A DNA stretch of 64,000 bases from Octopus sinensis (GCF_006345805.1 NC_043001.1:33170001-33234000), one strand, 5' to 3'; shown: positions 1-13,348, numbered from the stretch's first letter. Translations and numbers: made by a program. Notes: a model not told the origin generated them from the letters alone.

Positions 1-55
1 ATATGAGTGTATATATGTATATGTATGTATATGTATGTATATATGTATATATATG

Positions 56-100
<45 letters not shown>

Positions 101-147
101 GTATGTATATATATGTATGTATATGTATATGCATCTATATATGTATG

Positions 148-186
<39 letters not shown>

Positions 187-187
187 G

Positions 188-219
<32 letters not shown>

Positions 220-370
220 TATATGGTATATATATATATATGGTATATATATATATGTATATATATGTATATATTGTATGTATATATATATATGTATATA
301 TGGTATATATGTATATATATATATGTATATATGTGTATATATATATATATATGTGTATATGTGTATATAT

Positions 371-406
<36 letters not shown>

Positions 407-417
407 GTATATATATA

Positions 418-448
<31 letters not shown>

Positions 449-1452
449 GTATATATATATATGTATATATGTATATATGTATATATGTGTATATATATAT
501 ATGTATATATGTGTATATATATATATATGTATATATGTATATATGTATATATGTGTATATATATATATGTATATATGTGTATATATATATATGTATATAT
601 ATATATATGTATATATGTGTATATATATATGTTATATGTGTATATATGTATTATATGTGTATATATGTATATATGTGTATATATGTATATATATGTATGT
701 ATATGTATATGTATATATGTGTATATATATATATGTATATATGTGTATATATATATATGTATATATATATATATGTATATATGTGTATATATATATGTAT
801 ATATGTGTATATATGTATATATGTGTATATATGTATATATATGTATGTATATGTATATGCATCTATATATGTATGTATATATATATATATGTATATATGT
901 GTATATATGTATATATATATATGTATATGCATCTATATGTATATGTATATGCATCTATATATATATCTGTATATCATATATATATATGTATATGCATGTA
1001 TATATATGTATGTATATATATGTATCTATATATATCTATGTATATATATGTATATGCATGTATATATATGTATGTATATATATGTATCTATATATATCTA
1101 TGTATATATATGTATATGCATGTATATATATATGTATGTATCTATATATATCTATGTATATATATGTATATATATATGTATGCATACACATATGTATGAA
1201 TAAATATATGTGTGTGTATGCATATATACATATATATGTATGCTTGTATTTATGTATGCATATATACATATATATGTATGCTTGTATTTATGTATGCATA
1301 TATACGTATATATGTATGCTTGTATTTATATATATATGTATGTATGCATATATACGTATGTATATATGTATGTATAGTTTTATGTATGTATATATATACG
1401 CATCTATGTATATACATGTATATATATATATATGTGTGTATGTATATATACA

Positions 1453-1518
<66 letters not shown>
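1..1518. repeat. Long degenerate (TA)n/(TATG)n/(TGTA)n low-complexity tract
   Basis: Almost only TA/TG/CA dinucleotide variants; the 398-511 aa Y/I/M/V/C ORFs arise because the repeat lacks stop codons. Confidence 0.95.
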
Positions 1519-1520
<2 letters not shown>

Positions 1521-1760
1521 GATGGTGCATAACTATTGCAGCTTTTTTTTCAATAAATTTGAAACAATAACAACTTGTAACAAAAACATATTTAAATTAT
1601 TATTCCAGAGCATAATCACCATCTACTTCAATTACTGCTTCTATTTGCTTCGAAAATGTCAGACTGTCTTTTAAAGTTATTTTTGTTAAATATTCTTATT
1701 GTTTTTATTGAATAAAAGTTGTTGAAAGAAAACCGTAATAATTATGCACTAATGCAATAT
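1517..1760. mobile_element. Small mariner-like MITE
   Basis: Imperfect terminal inverted repeats tggtgcataactattgcagcttttt (~1525) and aaaaccgtaataattatgcactaa (~1729-1752); AT-rich non-coding interior. Confidence 0.5.
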
Positions 1761-2025
1761 GTCTCTATGTATATATGTATGTATGTACGTACGTATGTAT
1801 ATATGTATGTATATATGCATGCATATGTGTATGCATTTATGAATGCATATATGAATGCAAGATGGTTGTGAAGACAGCTCAGAATATCAGGTAAATACCC
1901 TTAGAAGACGGACGAAATTGGCCAGCAGTCTTCTACAGAGAATCGAACTCTGCAACTCTCAAATTCCGCACTATATATACGCTTGCGGGCCACTTGTTTC
2001 TGTCTTCTGCCTTACAGTATTCTTT

Positions 2026-2075
<50 letters not shown>

Positions 2076-2148
2076 ACAATGTTAAAAATAAGGATAACTC
2101 CTGACTAGCAGTAACATTACCTTTAATTCTATAATTATACAATGCCAT

Positions 2149-2239
2149 TTAAGACTAACAAATGTTTCAATTGCTCCGATAAATAATCGTTGCAGTTGCA
2201 GCCCTACATGAAATCTGTGCTGTCCCTTCAGGGTCTTAA
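2149..2239 (-). ncRNA. Degenerate type I hammerhead-like motif
   Basis: Minus strand: ttaagac-c-CTGAAGG ... GAAAC-attt-GTT-a-gtcttaa. Stem I (ttaagac/gtcttaa) is preserved but A9 is mutated and stem II is poor. Lies near a (TA)n tract. Confidence 0.35.
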
Positions 2240-4852
2240 TCTGATATATGTATTATATACTACCATTGCCTCTTTATTCATTCGTCTTAAATATCAGTAC
2301 TGTTATGAACAGATTTTTGTTATTTTGTTTGAAAGTTAACACTCATCGCAAGAATGTTAACAGTAATATTTCCAGACATAGTGATATTAGTAACAAACAT
2401 ATCTGCCTAATTTATGTGACGTTGTATATGATGTATACTTACGCTTGCATGATTGGTCTGTTGTGTATTTTTTATTAAACTTTTTTTATTGAAATTAAAA
2501 AATGACTTTGCAGAAAAGGATGTTTATTTAACAAATAGTAAAATTTCTTTCGTACATACTATCTGCAAAATACCAGAGAGCATTTGAGTATTTTTCAGGT
2601 GGAAATAGAACTTGCAGTTATGAGATAATTTATATTTCAATTCATCTTGCTTATGTTACAATATTATGAATGCCTGCTCGCTGAGAATGCTTCTAATTTC
2701 TATTATATCTATTTCATTGTAATTTGCAACGTGGAATCATATCTGTGATTAACATTTTTTTCCCCAAAAATACGTACCTAATACTATATTGGATTAAACG
2801 ATATTTATTAATGTAAGAAAAATGTCAATGTATTTCGAACGATTAATAAAAAAAAATTCCCATGCCAGAAAGTAGAAGAAAACCTAATAATTACTCCTTT
2901 TGAAGTCATTATTTAAATATACCATGTGATAGTCTTCAATCGCAAGTAAGTACGACTTACTAGCATGAACCACGCTTTTGCTTATTCTCATTGTTTTAGG
3001 TGCTTATGTAGTCAAGAGCAGACATAGGTCGGCTTTTTCACCGGTGACCCCGGAGCAATATCGAGGATGTAGCCACTGGAAGGAGGGTAACATCAGTGTC
3101 TTGTTACTATACATTACTATTGATTAGACTGGAGCAACGTAAAGTGAAGTGCGTTTCTCAAAGACACAAACTAGCGCTCGGTCCACGATTCAAGACCACG
3201 ACTTCATGATCGCGAATCTAACACTAATCACTAACATGCGTGCCCTTGCCACTCGATATAATTGTTGTAAATTGTGCTACAAGACGAATAATTTAAAGGG
3301 AGGTAGTAAATTGTTTACATCGACGCCAATGATCAACTGGTTACTATCTTATCGATCCTGAAAGGATAAAAGGCCAGGCCGACCGCGGCGGAATTGGAAC
3401 CCGGAACATAAAGACCCGGAAGAAATGCCACTCAGCATTATGTCCGAATCGCTAAAGATTCTGCTAGCTCGCCGCCTTATAGCTCGGGATAATATATGAA
3501 GCTGCATGCTGACTGCATAAGTAAATAGTAACACCTTAAAGTTAGTTACTGCATACGGAAATAGTTACGGTACAGGTGTGTAGTCACTACACAAAGGAAT
3601 ACCATCTATACACGGAAATAGTGACCGTACAAGGAAATAGAACAAAGAGAAAATTTAAAATAATTAAAATAATCTTCATACATTTTGCTGATAGATAAAC
3701 GTTATCTTATAATTTTTCAAGTAAAATGTTATTTTTTACTTAAAAGCTAACTAGTCGATTAATCCTCAATAAATTACTTAGGTACCTTGTTCAATAGAAA
3801 CTGCTGGAATAAAATTACTCTCCTTTACCAGTTTTGTTCCATAAGTATCATTCATGTCGTGTCTGAAGATGTTAAGACTTTCAGGCCACTGAAAATAGAA
3901 AAGGCAAAGTGAGTGGTGAATATGTATCTAAACAATAAAGAGAGATAAATATTGAAACGTTGTTCTTATGTAAATTGATGAATTAACAAACAAGTGAATT
4001 ATCGATAAAAATTAAAACACTAATGAATAAAAATGTAAATATAACTATTCCTTCTGTATAATTCAGTTAAAAATATAAAATAACTATTACGTCAATATAA
4101 TTGTGTTAATTAATAAATTATAAAAGTAATAAAAGTATGGACACACATACACACATAAGCACACATACATATATATATATATATATAAATATATATGGAT
4201 ATACAGGCATACAAATCTTCATGTACACAAATAAATACAAACATTCATATATAAATTATACTCGCTCGCACACTTGTATTAGCATTTCCGCGTATGTACG
4301 TATGCATATGCACACAGAACAGAGATATACATACGAAACTATGCACACGCACATTACATTGATTCATGAGTGTGCGTGGGAGGCATGTGTATCATCATGA
4401 TTTTCTGAATCACTTTTAAGATCATTGCTTATGTCTGATATTTTTTATGAATCTTGTTGCTGCTTCTTCTAGCATGTATTTAAATATTTAAACTAACTTT
4501 TGCTCTATATGCTCGTTTCATTGACTGATCAAGCGCAGTTCATATCAAAACGATTTTTATTCATTCAGGAAGAGAAAATATAGATGGCCTCCCTGCAACA
4601 TTGTAATTAAAATTTGTTCCTTTTCGTTATATTACACATAAATCTGTAAAATAATTGTTACTTATAAATGTTGACATCTATGGCAGAATTACATACTTTA
4701 TGCATACATTAATATCATATTGCAATTTTGCAAATAAACAGCGCATATAATTATGTGATATGCTTAATTATGTAAAAAAAATGATCGTTTCCATTTTAAT
4801 TTAAATAATTATGCATCTATCTATCTATCTATCTATCTACTCTATCTATCTA

Positions 4853-4894
<42 letters not shown>

Positions 4895-5464
4895 CTATAT
4901 ATATATATATATGATATATATATATATATATATAGCGATATAGAGAGGGGAGAGAGAGGGGGGGAGACAGATTGTGACATAATGAATCAGGTATTTAATA
5001 CGAAATGAGAACTTTTCAGTATTTTTGATACACATAAAAACACAAGAGTTTATCATTTGTCATACACAGACACACACACACACACACACACACATACATA
5101 TATACAAACACAAAGTATAAATGTATATACATATATATGATAGACTTGCTCTCAGATAAAGTTTTTTGCAAAAATGACAAAAATCCATCGTATAATAATC
5201 ACTACACTCACACGCACGCACACACACAAACACACACACATACATACATGTATATATATATGCGTATCTATGTGTGTGTATGTAGTAGTTCTTCCGCGAG
5301 GGATTTTTTTTTTTTTTTGCAAAAGCCTTTATCTGAGAGCAAGTCTATTATTTATAGTGTACTGATCATTAAACTGTTATTTGTGATCTATATTTCGCAG
5401 AAATTATTCGTTATTGTTATTACTCTTGCTAACGGTACATATACCAACATTTCCGCCAATTTAC

Positions 5465-5494
5465 ATTATATAATATAATATATATATACCTACA

Positions 5495-5551
<57 letters not shown>

Positions 5552-5589
5552 TATATTATATACATACATATATATTATATATACATACA

Positions 5590-5628
<39 letters not shown>

Positions 5629-5798
5629 TATATATATATAATACATACATATATATATATAGATATATATATATACATACATATATATATATATTATATA
5701 TATATATATATATACATACATATATATATATATAGATAATATATATATACATACATATATATATATATATATAATATATATATATACAATAATATATA

Positions 5799-5852
<54 letters not shown>

Positions 5853-5930
5853 CATTATATATATATATATATCCATATTATATATATATATATATACATA
5901 CATATTATATATATATTATATAATATATAT

Positions 5931-5965
<35 letters not shown>

Positions 5966-6100
5966 TACATATATATATATATATATATACATACATATAT
6001 ATATATATATATACATACATATATATAATACTATATACATACATATATATATATATATACATACATATATATATATATACATACATATATATATATATAT

Positions 6101-6135
<35 letters not shown>

Positions 6136-6282
6136 ACATCTATATATATATATATATACATACATATATATAATATATATACTACATACTATATATATAT
6201 ATATACAAATAATATATATATATACATACATATATATACTATATATATATATCCTATATAATATATATATATATATAATACA
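5465..6282. repeat. (TA)n/(TACA)n low-complexity tract
   Basis: Dinucleotide and tetranucleotide repeats seen directly. Confidence 0.95.
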
Positions 6283-8270
6283 TACTGCTTGAATCCAAAA
6301 AATATAACCTCCAACAATGCATGAAGACCCTCATCATAACCAAAGATCAGCTGAGGAGAAGTGGGCCATTGAAAAAATCAAACTCAACCCCAAAGTGTTC
6401 TTTCATTTGCGAGGAAACGCAGGGTCACTGTCTCCACTGTAGGCCCTCTAATTGACGAAACTGGCACTCTCCAAGATAATGCCAAATCCATGGCCGAGAT
6501 ACTGCAGAAACAATACTGCTCTGTTTTCAGCAATCCTGATATGGCCGATCTGGGCTGTATCAGTGATGTCACCCCCAACACACTATATCGGACATAACGT
6601 TTAGTGCCCCTGATGTCTTAGCGGCGATAAACGAAATAAAACACAATTCAGCAGTAGGCCCCGATAGATTCCCTGCTTGTGTCCTGAAGGTGTGTCGACA
6701 CCAACTTGCATCTCCCCTTGCTAATCTGTGGAGAAACTCACTGGATGCTGGCTATATTCCAAAAAACCTTCTGTCCCAGTCTGTTGTCCCAGTTTTCAAA
6801 AAGGGAAACAAGTCCCTTGCAGTGAATTACCGCCCGATCTCACTCACCTCTCATATCATCAAGGTATTTGAGAGGGTGGTGAGATCTCGAATAACCCAAT
6901 TTCTGGAAAGCACAGACGGCTGATCTCCAACCAACATGGGTTCCGTAATGGAAGGGACTGCCTAACGCAGCTCCTGCATCACTTGAGGACATTTTGAGAG
7001 CTTTGGGAGGGGCTCCAACACCGATGTCATCTACCTTGATTTCAGTAAGGCCTTCGACAGGGTCGATCACAAGATCCTATTGAAAAAACTATCCAACATT
7101 GGTTCTCTGGAAAGTTACTGAAATGGATTGAGTGTTTCCTGACAGACAGATCTCAACATGTTGTAGTTGAAGGGGTAAAATCAAGCCCAGCCAAAGTCAG
7201 TAGTGGCGTTCCGCAAGGCACTGTGCTAGGCCCACTTCTTTTCATCATTACATTAATGACATTAATGACATCATCAAGCACAGCAACATAAAAATCTTTG
7301 CAGATGACTCCAAGCTACAGAAGGTCATAAATGAGGCGAGTGACCGGACATGCCTCAGTCAGATCTACTGGCTGTATCCAATGGGCAGAAAAAAACAATA
7401 TGCTGCTGAACGAGGATAAATTTGAGCTAATCCACTTTGGAAAAGAGGATGCCCTGAAACTCCCATACTCCCTTCCTTCAGGTGAAACTCTCGCGGCGTC
7501 CAACAACATCAGAGACTTGGGAGTAATTGTGGACAACAACGTAAGCTGGGCCACTAATATAAACACCAAAGTTGACATGGCCCGCAGAATGTGTTCCTGG
7601 ATTCTCAGAACTTTCCAGTCGAGAGATATCCACACCATTATCCTTCTCTTCTCCACTTTTGCCCGACCCCACCTTGAATACTGTTGTCCACTGTGGTCTC
7701 CCCACACAATACAAGGTTCATAAAAGTTGAAGCACCTCAAAGGGCAATCACAAAAAAGATAGATGGCATGACAGGCCTCGACTATTGGGGTCGGCTAGAA
7801 AAGCTAAAACTCTATTCTCTCCAACGTCGTCGTGAGCGCTACATCATCTGCATGATGTGGAAAATATTCCATCAGCATTGCCCAAATGATGTTGGCATCA
7901 CCTTTAAGGTACATCCAAGGCTTGGGCCCCGTGCCATCCGCCCAAAACAAAAATCGCACTCTCATCTCATAACAACAATACGGCACAATTATTTCACCTC
8001 AATTGGCCCCGCTCTCTTTAACATTACACCAAAACACATTAAAACAGAAACTGACCTATAGGGTTCAAGAAGTCTTTGGACAGATTCCTTCAAGAAATCC
8101 GGATAAACCCCCTACACCTGGATATGTCTCTGTAAACAATAACTCTCTACTTGAGTGGGCCATAGTGCCCAAATTCTGACTTGAAAGACTTCACCAGGTG
8201 GTGCTATTAAGTTAGACATGGCCTGGGCCAATAATGGCCGAAACCTATCAAAGTATCAAAGTATCAAAGT
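6283..8270 (+). mobile_element. 5'-truncated, frameshifted CR1/L2-group non-LTR retrotransposon (ORF2 RT pseudogene)
   Basis: Translated motifs PVFKKGNKSLAVNYRPISLTSHIIKVFE, YLDFSKAFDRVDH, SGVPQGTVLGPLLF, FADD, RDLGVIVD, RPHLEYCCPLWSP and LYSLQRRRERY, spread over several frames. 3' tail is (TATCAAAG)x3; inserted in a (TA)n tract. Confidence 0.92.
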
Positions 8271-8276
8271 ATATAT

Positions 8277-8311
<35 letters not shown>

Positions 8312-8476
8312 GATGTATACACACACATATATATGTATATGTATATTGTACGTGTGTGTCTGCATCCAGTTTAATACATATATGAAACCTTGACCTTAAT
8401 ATCACCTTCACCAATTGAAGTGTCCCACTTTGAAGTGCATTTCAGCCTTTTCACTATAATATATATATACATATAT

Positions 8477-8755
8477 ATCTATATAATAATATGTTACATT
8501 ACTCGATAGTCAAGATAAAACTCTGAGTTTCAGATGCCGAAGTGGGAATCCACGACATCTCTTCGGTTATCTGGCTATTTTCAAATAGCCAGATAACCGA
8601 AGAGATGTCGTGGATTCCCACTTCGGCATCTGAAACTCAGAGTTTTATCTTGACTATCGAGTAATGTAACATATTATTGTATAGATAAATTTCCTCTATT
8701 TACATAATATTGAGGTCTCTTTCTTTCTTTCTTTTGTTATCTTACCGTTTTACCA

Positions 8756-8757
<2 letters not shown>
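8477..8757 (+). mobile_element. Fold-back (palindromic) Penelope-like-derived element with hammerhead motif and 3' tail
   Basis: ~100-bp arms forming a near-perfect palindrome centred at 8581-8582. The right arm reads agataa-CCGAAGA-gatg...catct-GAAAC-tcaga-GTT-ttatct. A ~70-bp tail follows; flanked by (TA)n. Confidence 0.7.
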
Positions 8758-8794
<37 letters not shown>

Positions 8795-8972
8795 TATGTA
8801 TCTATATAAGCATACGTAAAAACATATATATATATATATACATATATATGTATCTATATAAGCATACGTAAAAACATATATATATATATATATACATATA
8901 TATGTATCTATATAAGCATACGTAAAAACATATATATATATATACATATATGTATATCGTGTATGTATCATA

Positions 8973-9026
<54 letters not shown>

Positions 9027-9245
9027 ACCTATTCTACCTCTTGAATCTATGCTATAATTCGTTCATAAATTTTACTGAAAATGTACACGTGTGCGTGTGT
9101 ACGTGTTTGTGCGTTTGTACGTGAGTGTGTGTGATGTGCCTGTGAATGTATATTGATGCAAGTGTGTTTATATACACAATTATACATACATTTCACATAC
9201 AAATATTATATTTCAATGCTTTCAAAATTCTTCTCACTTTTATAG

Positions 9246-9404
9246 CCTCGCAGGCATTACCAATAGACCATCGGCAAAAGGTGGTAAACGGAACCTTAAC
9301 AGTGGAAGATGTACAAAGCGCCTACGATGATGGTGACTATACCTGTACTGCGGCTAATTCAAAGGGAGAAGGAATGAGCAGAAATGTGTTGGTTCGAATT
9401 CTAG
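9246..9404 (+). CDS. Dscam: Dscam exon: Ig6 C-terminal half (SQALPIDHRQKVVNGTLTVEDVQSAYDDGDYTCTAANSKGEGMSRNVLVRIL)
   Basis: I-set Ig DxGxYxC motif resembling Dscam Ig6; acceptor ttttatag|, donor G|gtgagt; phase 1-1. The upstream exon is outside the window, so the acceptor could instead be the cag at 9251-9253. Confidence 0.9.
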
Positions 9405-9615
9405 GTGAGTAGCTTCTGCTTTGTATTTCTGGATTTCCCGATACCATATTGAAACTGAAATAATCTGATTTAGATTTTCATTCACATTCATAGCAACTTC
9501 TGAGGAATACGATTTCTTTACTATGGTGTAATCTACTCACTCATCAAATAAAAGGATGCGTAAAAAACAGCTGATATGAACTGACATTTATCCATCGTCT
9601 GTTATTTTCTCTTTG

Positions 9616-9660
<45 letters not shown>

Positions 9661-9662
9661 AT

Positions 9663-9706
<44 letters not shown>

Positions 9707-9709
<3 letters not shown>

Positions 9710-10153
9710 ATAAACAAGGGTACAAGAAAAACATTTCTAATACCAAATATGCCGAAACTAGACACGTCGTCCATAACCATATAATTCATCACTATGGTTT
9801 TCCATGGGTATAAGTAAGTATTTTATTTATTTCTTTGCCGCATTTATCACTGACGAAGAGAAGGTTCTTATGAATTAACTCTGAAATCGGGTCCGATATG
9901 ATAATAACGGAATTTTTTAGAAACTTCTGTCGGCTTTCTTCGAGATACGTGCTTATAGTGATGAATTATATGGTTATGGACGACGTGTCTAGTTTCGGCA
10001 TATTTGGTATTGGAATTTTTTTCCTTTACCCTTGTTTGTAATTTTTTTCCTTTACCCTTGTTTATAAGTTGTTTATAAATTTAACCTTTAAAGGTATTTT
10101 TTAATATGCTGGCCATTGATAAATTATTTTCGAAAAATTTTATCCTATATTAG

Positions 10154-10155
<2 letters not shown>
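9707..10155 (+). mobile_element. Inverted-repeat element (arms ~9707-9795 and ~9955-10068) enclosing a hammerhead ribozyme motif
   Basis: Arms are reverse complements (ataccaaatatgccgaaactagacacgtcgtccataaccatataattcatcactat / atagtgatgaattatatggttatggacgacgtgtctagtttcggcatatttggtat); a tail then (TA)n follows. Confidence 0.7.
9844..9904 (+). ncRNA. Type I hammerhead ribozyme candidate (intronic, sense to Dscam)
   Basis: Stem I ttatca/tgataa; core CTGACGA (9850-9856); stem II agag/ctct; GAAA (9883-9886); stem III tcgg/ccga; AUA triplet, cleavage predicted after 9898. Confidence 0.7.
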
Positions 10156-10205
<50 letters not shown>

Positions 10206-10206
<1 letters not shown>

Positions 10207-11313
10207 TGGTTATTCAAAAAGAACGAACCGATTTCATTACGCAATATTTTAATAAGGAAAAGCAATAGAAACTCCAGCTAAGTCACAAGTATTTACTCAC
10301 AATCAACTTATTTTTCCTGCTTTACAAGTGTTCAATGTGGCCAGCACCTGCAGCACGGGCAACGTCAATGCGATAAGAAAATTCCTCCCAGACGCGAATC
10401 AACATATCACGATCCACTGAGTTCATTGCCGTCGTTATTCGATGTCTAAGATCATCGAGGTTAGTGAGTAGCGGTGGAACATAAACGCGATCCTTTACAT
10501 ATCCCCACAAGAAAGAAACTCACAACAGCGATCAACTCAGTGGCTCGTAATATGCTGATACGCGTCTAGAAGGGATTCTCTTATCGCATTGATGTTGCCC
10601 ATGCTGCAGATGGTGGCCACATTGAACACTTGTAAGACAGAAAATAAAAGGTGATTGTGAGTAAATACTTGTGTCTGTGCTGGGGTTTTCTATTGCTTTT
10701 TCTTATTAAAATATCCGGAAAGTTCGTGCCGATTTTTAAAGGAAAGAAAAAGGTCAATAAATACTTGCCGTTAAATTTTTGATCAACCAAATATGAACCA
10801 TTTTGTTGTACAATGCGTCTCCAGCTTTCCTTTAACTTGAAAATATCCTCTTCCCAGAATTAAGGTGGTTTCGTGGCAAAGAATTCATCAAGGTATATTT
10901 TAACGTCATCCAAGGAATTGAAATTTTACCGTTAAGACTATTCTGCAGAGACCTGAATAAGTGGAAATCCGAAGGAGCAATATCTGGTGAATATGGTGGG
11001 TGGGGTAACACATCCCAGCCGAGCTATATCAATTTTTGTCTGGTTCCCAAAGTATCAAGTGCCGAAAATGAACTTTCTTATCTTCCATTTTAAAGGGTTA
11101 CAGAATTAACACAGGTTATAGGAACATAAAGCTTCTTCCACGAAAAGATAGCTTAAACTGTACTCTAAATGGAGGTGTAGTCAAATCCTATTTTATGGAC
11201 TCAATGCGGTTCTAAAATAAGTCGAAATGTAAGCTACTATAAATCGGCACAAACTTTCCGGACAACCGAATATTACGTAATGAAACCGGTTCATTCTTTT
11301 TGAATAACCCTGT
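10206..11313. mobile_element. Tc1/mariner-family fold-back deletion derivative (two inverted transposase 3' ends)
   Basis: TIRs ggttattcaaaaagaacgaaccgatttcattacg / cgtaatgaaaccggttcattctttttgaataacc. The transposase C-terminus WGYVKDRVY...RIDVARAAGAGHIEHL is on - (10322-10510), and a second degraded copy is on + (~10520-10635). Confidence 0.8.
10713..11272 (-). mobile_element. Internally deleted mariner element nested in the element above
   Basis: TIR ccggaaagttcgtgccgattt / aaatcggcacaaactttccgg. Minus-strand translation [28 protein letters not shown]...RIVQQNGSYLVD contains the mariner YSPD(L/I)APSD motif. Confidence 0.85.
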
Positions 11314-11809
11314 ATATATATATACACGCAAATATACAGTCACCACTTAACAAATTTCACTCAAGCACCACCGTTGGTAACTCTAACTTAAAAGCTTATT
11401 CTAGCATAATAAGCGTTTGCACAGTCCCCCACGTTTCTTTATGTTTAGGTAGCATCTACATTATTTCGGAATAGCTTTGGTAGCAGGATAAGGAAAGCTA
11501 AATGTAGTGTGTTTCTCATCGACTTAAAATATAAAAAGGTCTGAAATAATTACTATTTTAAATTATGTATTATTTAACATGCCCTGGCAATTTATCAATG
11601 TTTATATAATTAATGGTGGACTATAACTATATGAAAATAGTTAATTGCCAATTTGGAAGAACAATAGATTTTATATGATGAATATAATTATTCTGAATTC
11701 AATTTCCAGTTCAATATAATAAATATCAAGCATTGTTTATAACAAACTTGTAACCTCATGCCAATAATAGAAATCATTACCATTCGTATTATTAAAGGAC
11801 ACCTGGAGC

Positions 11810-12601
11810 CGACGAGCTGGCTGAATCATTAGCACGCCGGAAAAAAAATGGTTAGCAGCTTTTCTTCCGGCCCTTTCCGTTCTGAGTTCAATTAACACCG
11901 AAGTCAATTTTAAAAAGGTAGCAGGCTAGGAGAATGGTTAGCACGCCGGGCGAAATGCTTAGCGGTATTTCGTCTGTTGCTACGTTCTGAGTTCAAATTC
12001 TGCCGAGGTCGACTTTGCCTTTCATCCTTTCGGGATCGATTAAATAAGAACCAGTTACGCACTGTAATCGACTTAATCCCTTTGTCTGTCCTTGTTTGTC
12101 TCCTCTGTGTTTAGCTCCTTGTGGGTAGTAAAGAAATAGGTATTTCGTCTGTTGCTACGTTCTGAGTTCAAATTCCGCCGAGGTAAGTTTTAAAAAGTCA
12201 TCAAGCTGACAGAATCGTTAGCATGCAGAGTAAAATGCTTAGCTGTATATCGTCCATCTTTATGTTCTGAGTTCAAACTCAGTCACGGTCGACTTTGCCT
12301 TTCATCGTCTTGGGGTCGATAAAATAAGTACCAGTTGATCACTGGGATCGATGTAATCGACTACCTCTTCCCCTGAAAATACTGGTCTTGCGCCAAAAAT
12401 TGAAATCAATACTAGTAATCATTATTACCATAGAGGACACCAGAAGGTGGCGAGCTGGCAGAATCATTAGAATCTTTAGAATTCCAGGCAAAATGCCTAG
12501 CGTCGTCATTTCGTCTGCCCTTGAATTATGAGTTCAATTGCCACTGAGGTAGCCTTTACCTTTCATCCCTTTCGAGAGTGATGTAATATATACCAGTTGA
12601 G
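11810..12601 (+). mobile_element. Cluster of tRNA-derived SINEs, family A (Meta/Sauria-like core gtcgactttgcctttcatcctttcggggtcgataaa)
   Basis: Head gagctggcagaatcgttagcacgccgg and B-box-like gagttcaaattcc, repeated about 4-5 times. Confidence 0.8.
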
Positions 12602-13146
12602 TAATACATACTCACAACGCTGCTTTACGGCTACGAGTCCTGGACGGTCTACCAGCGTCATGCCAGGAAGCTGAACCACTTTCATACAATACGCCTCAGA
12701 AAACTTCTAGGCATAAAGTGGCAGGACAGGATCCGGGACACCGAGGTACTAATACGTGCTAACCTACCCAGCATCCATACCATCTTGATGCAGTCTCAGC
12801 TTCGCTGGGCCGGGCACGTAGCTCGCATGTCAGACGATCGATTACCAAACAGATTGCTCTTGGCGAGTTGGAAAAGGGAAAGCGCTCACAAAGCAACCAG
12901 AAGAAGCGCTTTAAGAACACACTGAAAGCTTTCAACATCGACCATGACACTTGGGAGTAGTCTGCTCTAGACAGAGAAGGGTGGCTATCAGCTGTCCACA
13001 AAGGTTCCAACACATGCGAGACCAATAGGTTCGCTGCTGCAGAAGACCATGGACAAGGCAGAAATCAAGCCCACTCCCACCCCAGAAATCAAGCCCACTC
13101 CCACCCCAGGATGACTAGATAGTCTTCGTCGCATCGACGGACAAAC
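12602..13146 (+). mobile_element. 5'-truncated RTE (BovB-like) LINE inserted into a SINE
   Basis: Translation LLYGYESWTVYQRHARKLNHFH...LGIKWQDRI...SQLRWAGHVARMSDDRLP; 13-bp target-site duplication tataccagttgag at 12589-12601 and 13147-13159. Confidence 0.88.
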
Positions 13147-13348
13147 TATACCAGTTGAGCACTGGGTTTGACATAATCAGCTAGCCTCCTCCAACCATGT
13201 TTCTGCCCTTGTGCCTTCAGTAGAAAGAATTGTAGGAGGCCAACTGTATTTCTATTGTAGCGTTCTTATTCTTTGCAAGCCATGCATTTGTGTATCAGAA
13301 AAGGAAAATACTTCTCCGTCTCAGACGTTCAATAAATACAGAGTGAAA

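Noticed and set aside
3-1570. 398-511 aa ORFs rich in Y/I/M/C/V
   Set aside because: Translations of a TA/TG microsatellite that lacks stop codons; no domain or splice signals.
8760-8950. Three ~50-bp direct repeats resembling an array
   Set aside because: The spacers are only (TA)n; this is a minisatellite in eukaryotic DNA, not CRISPR.
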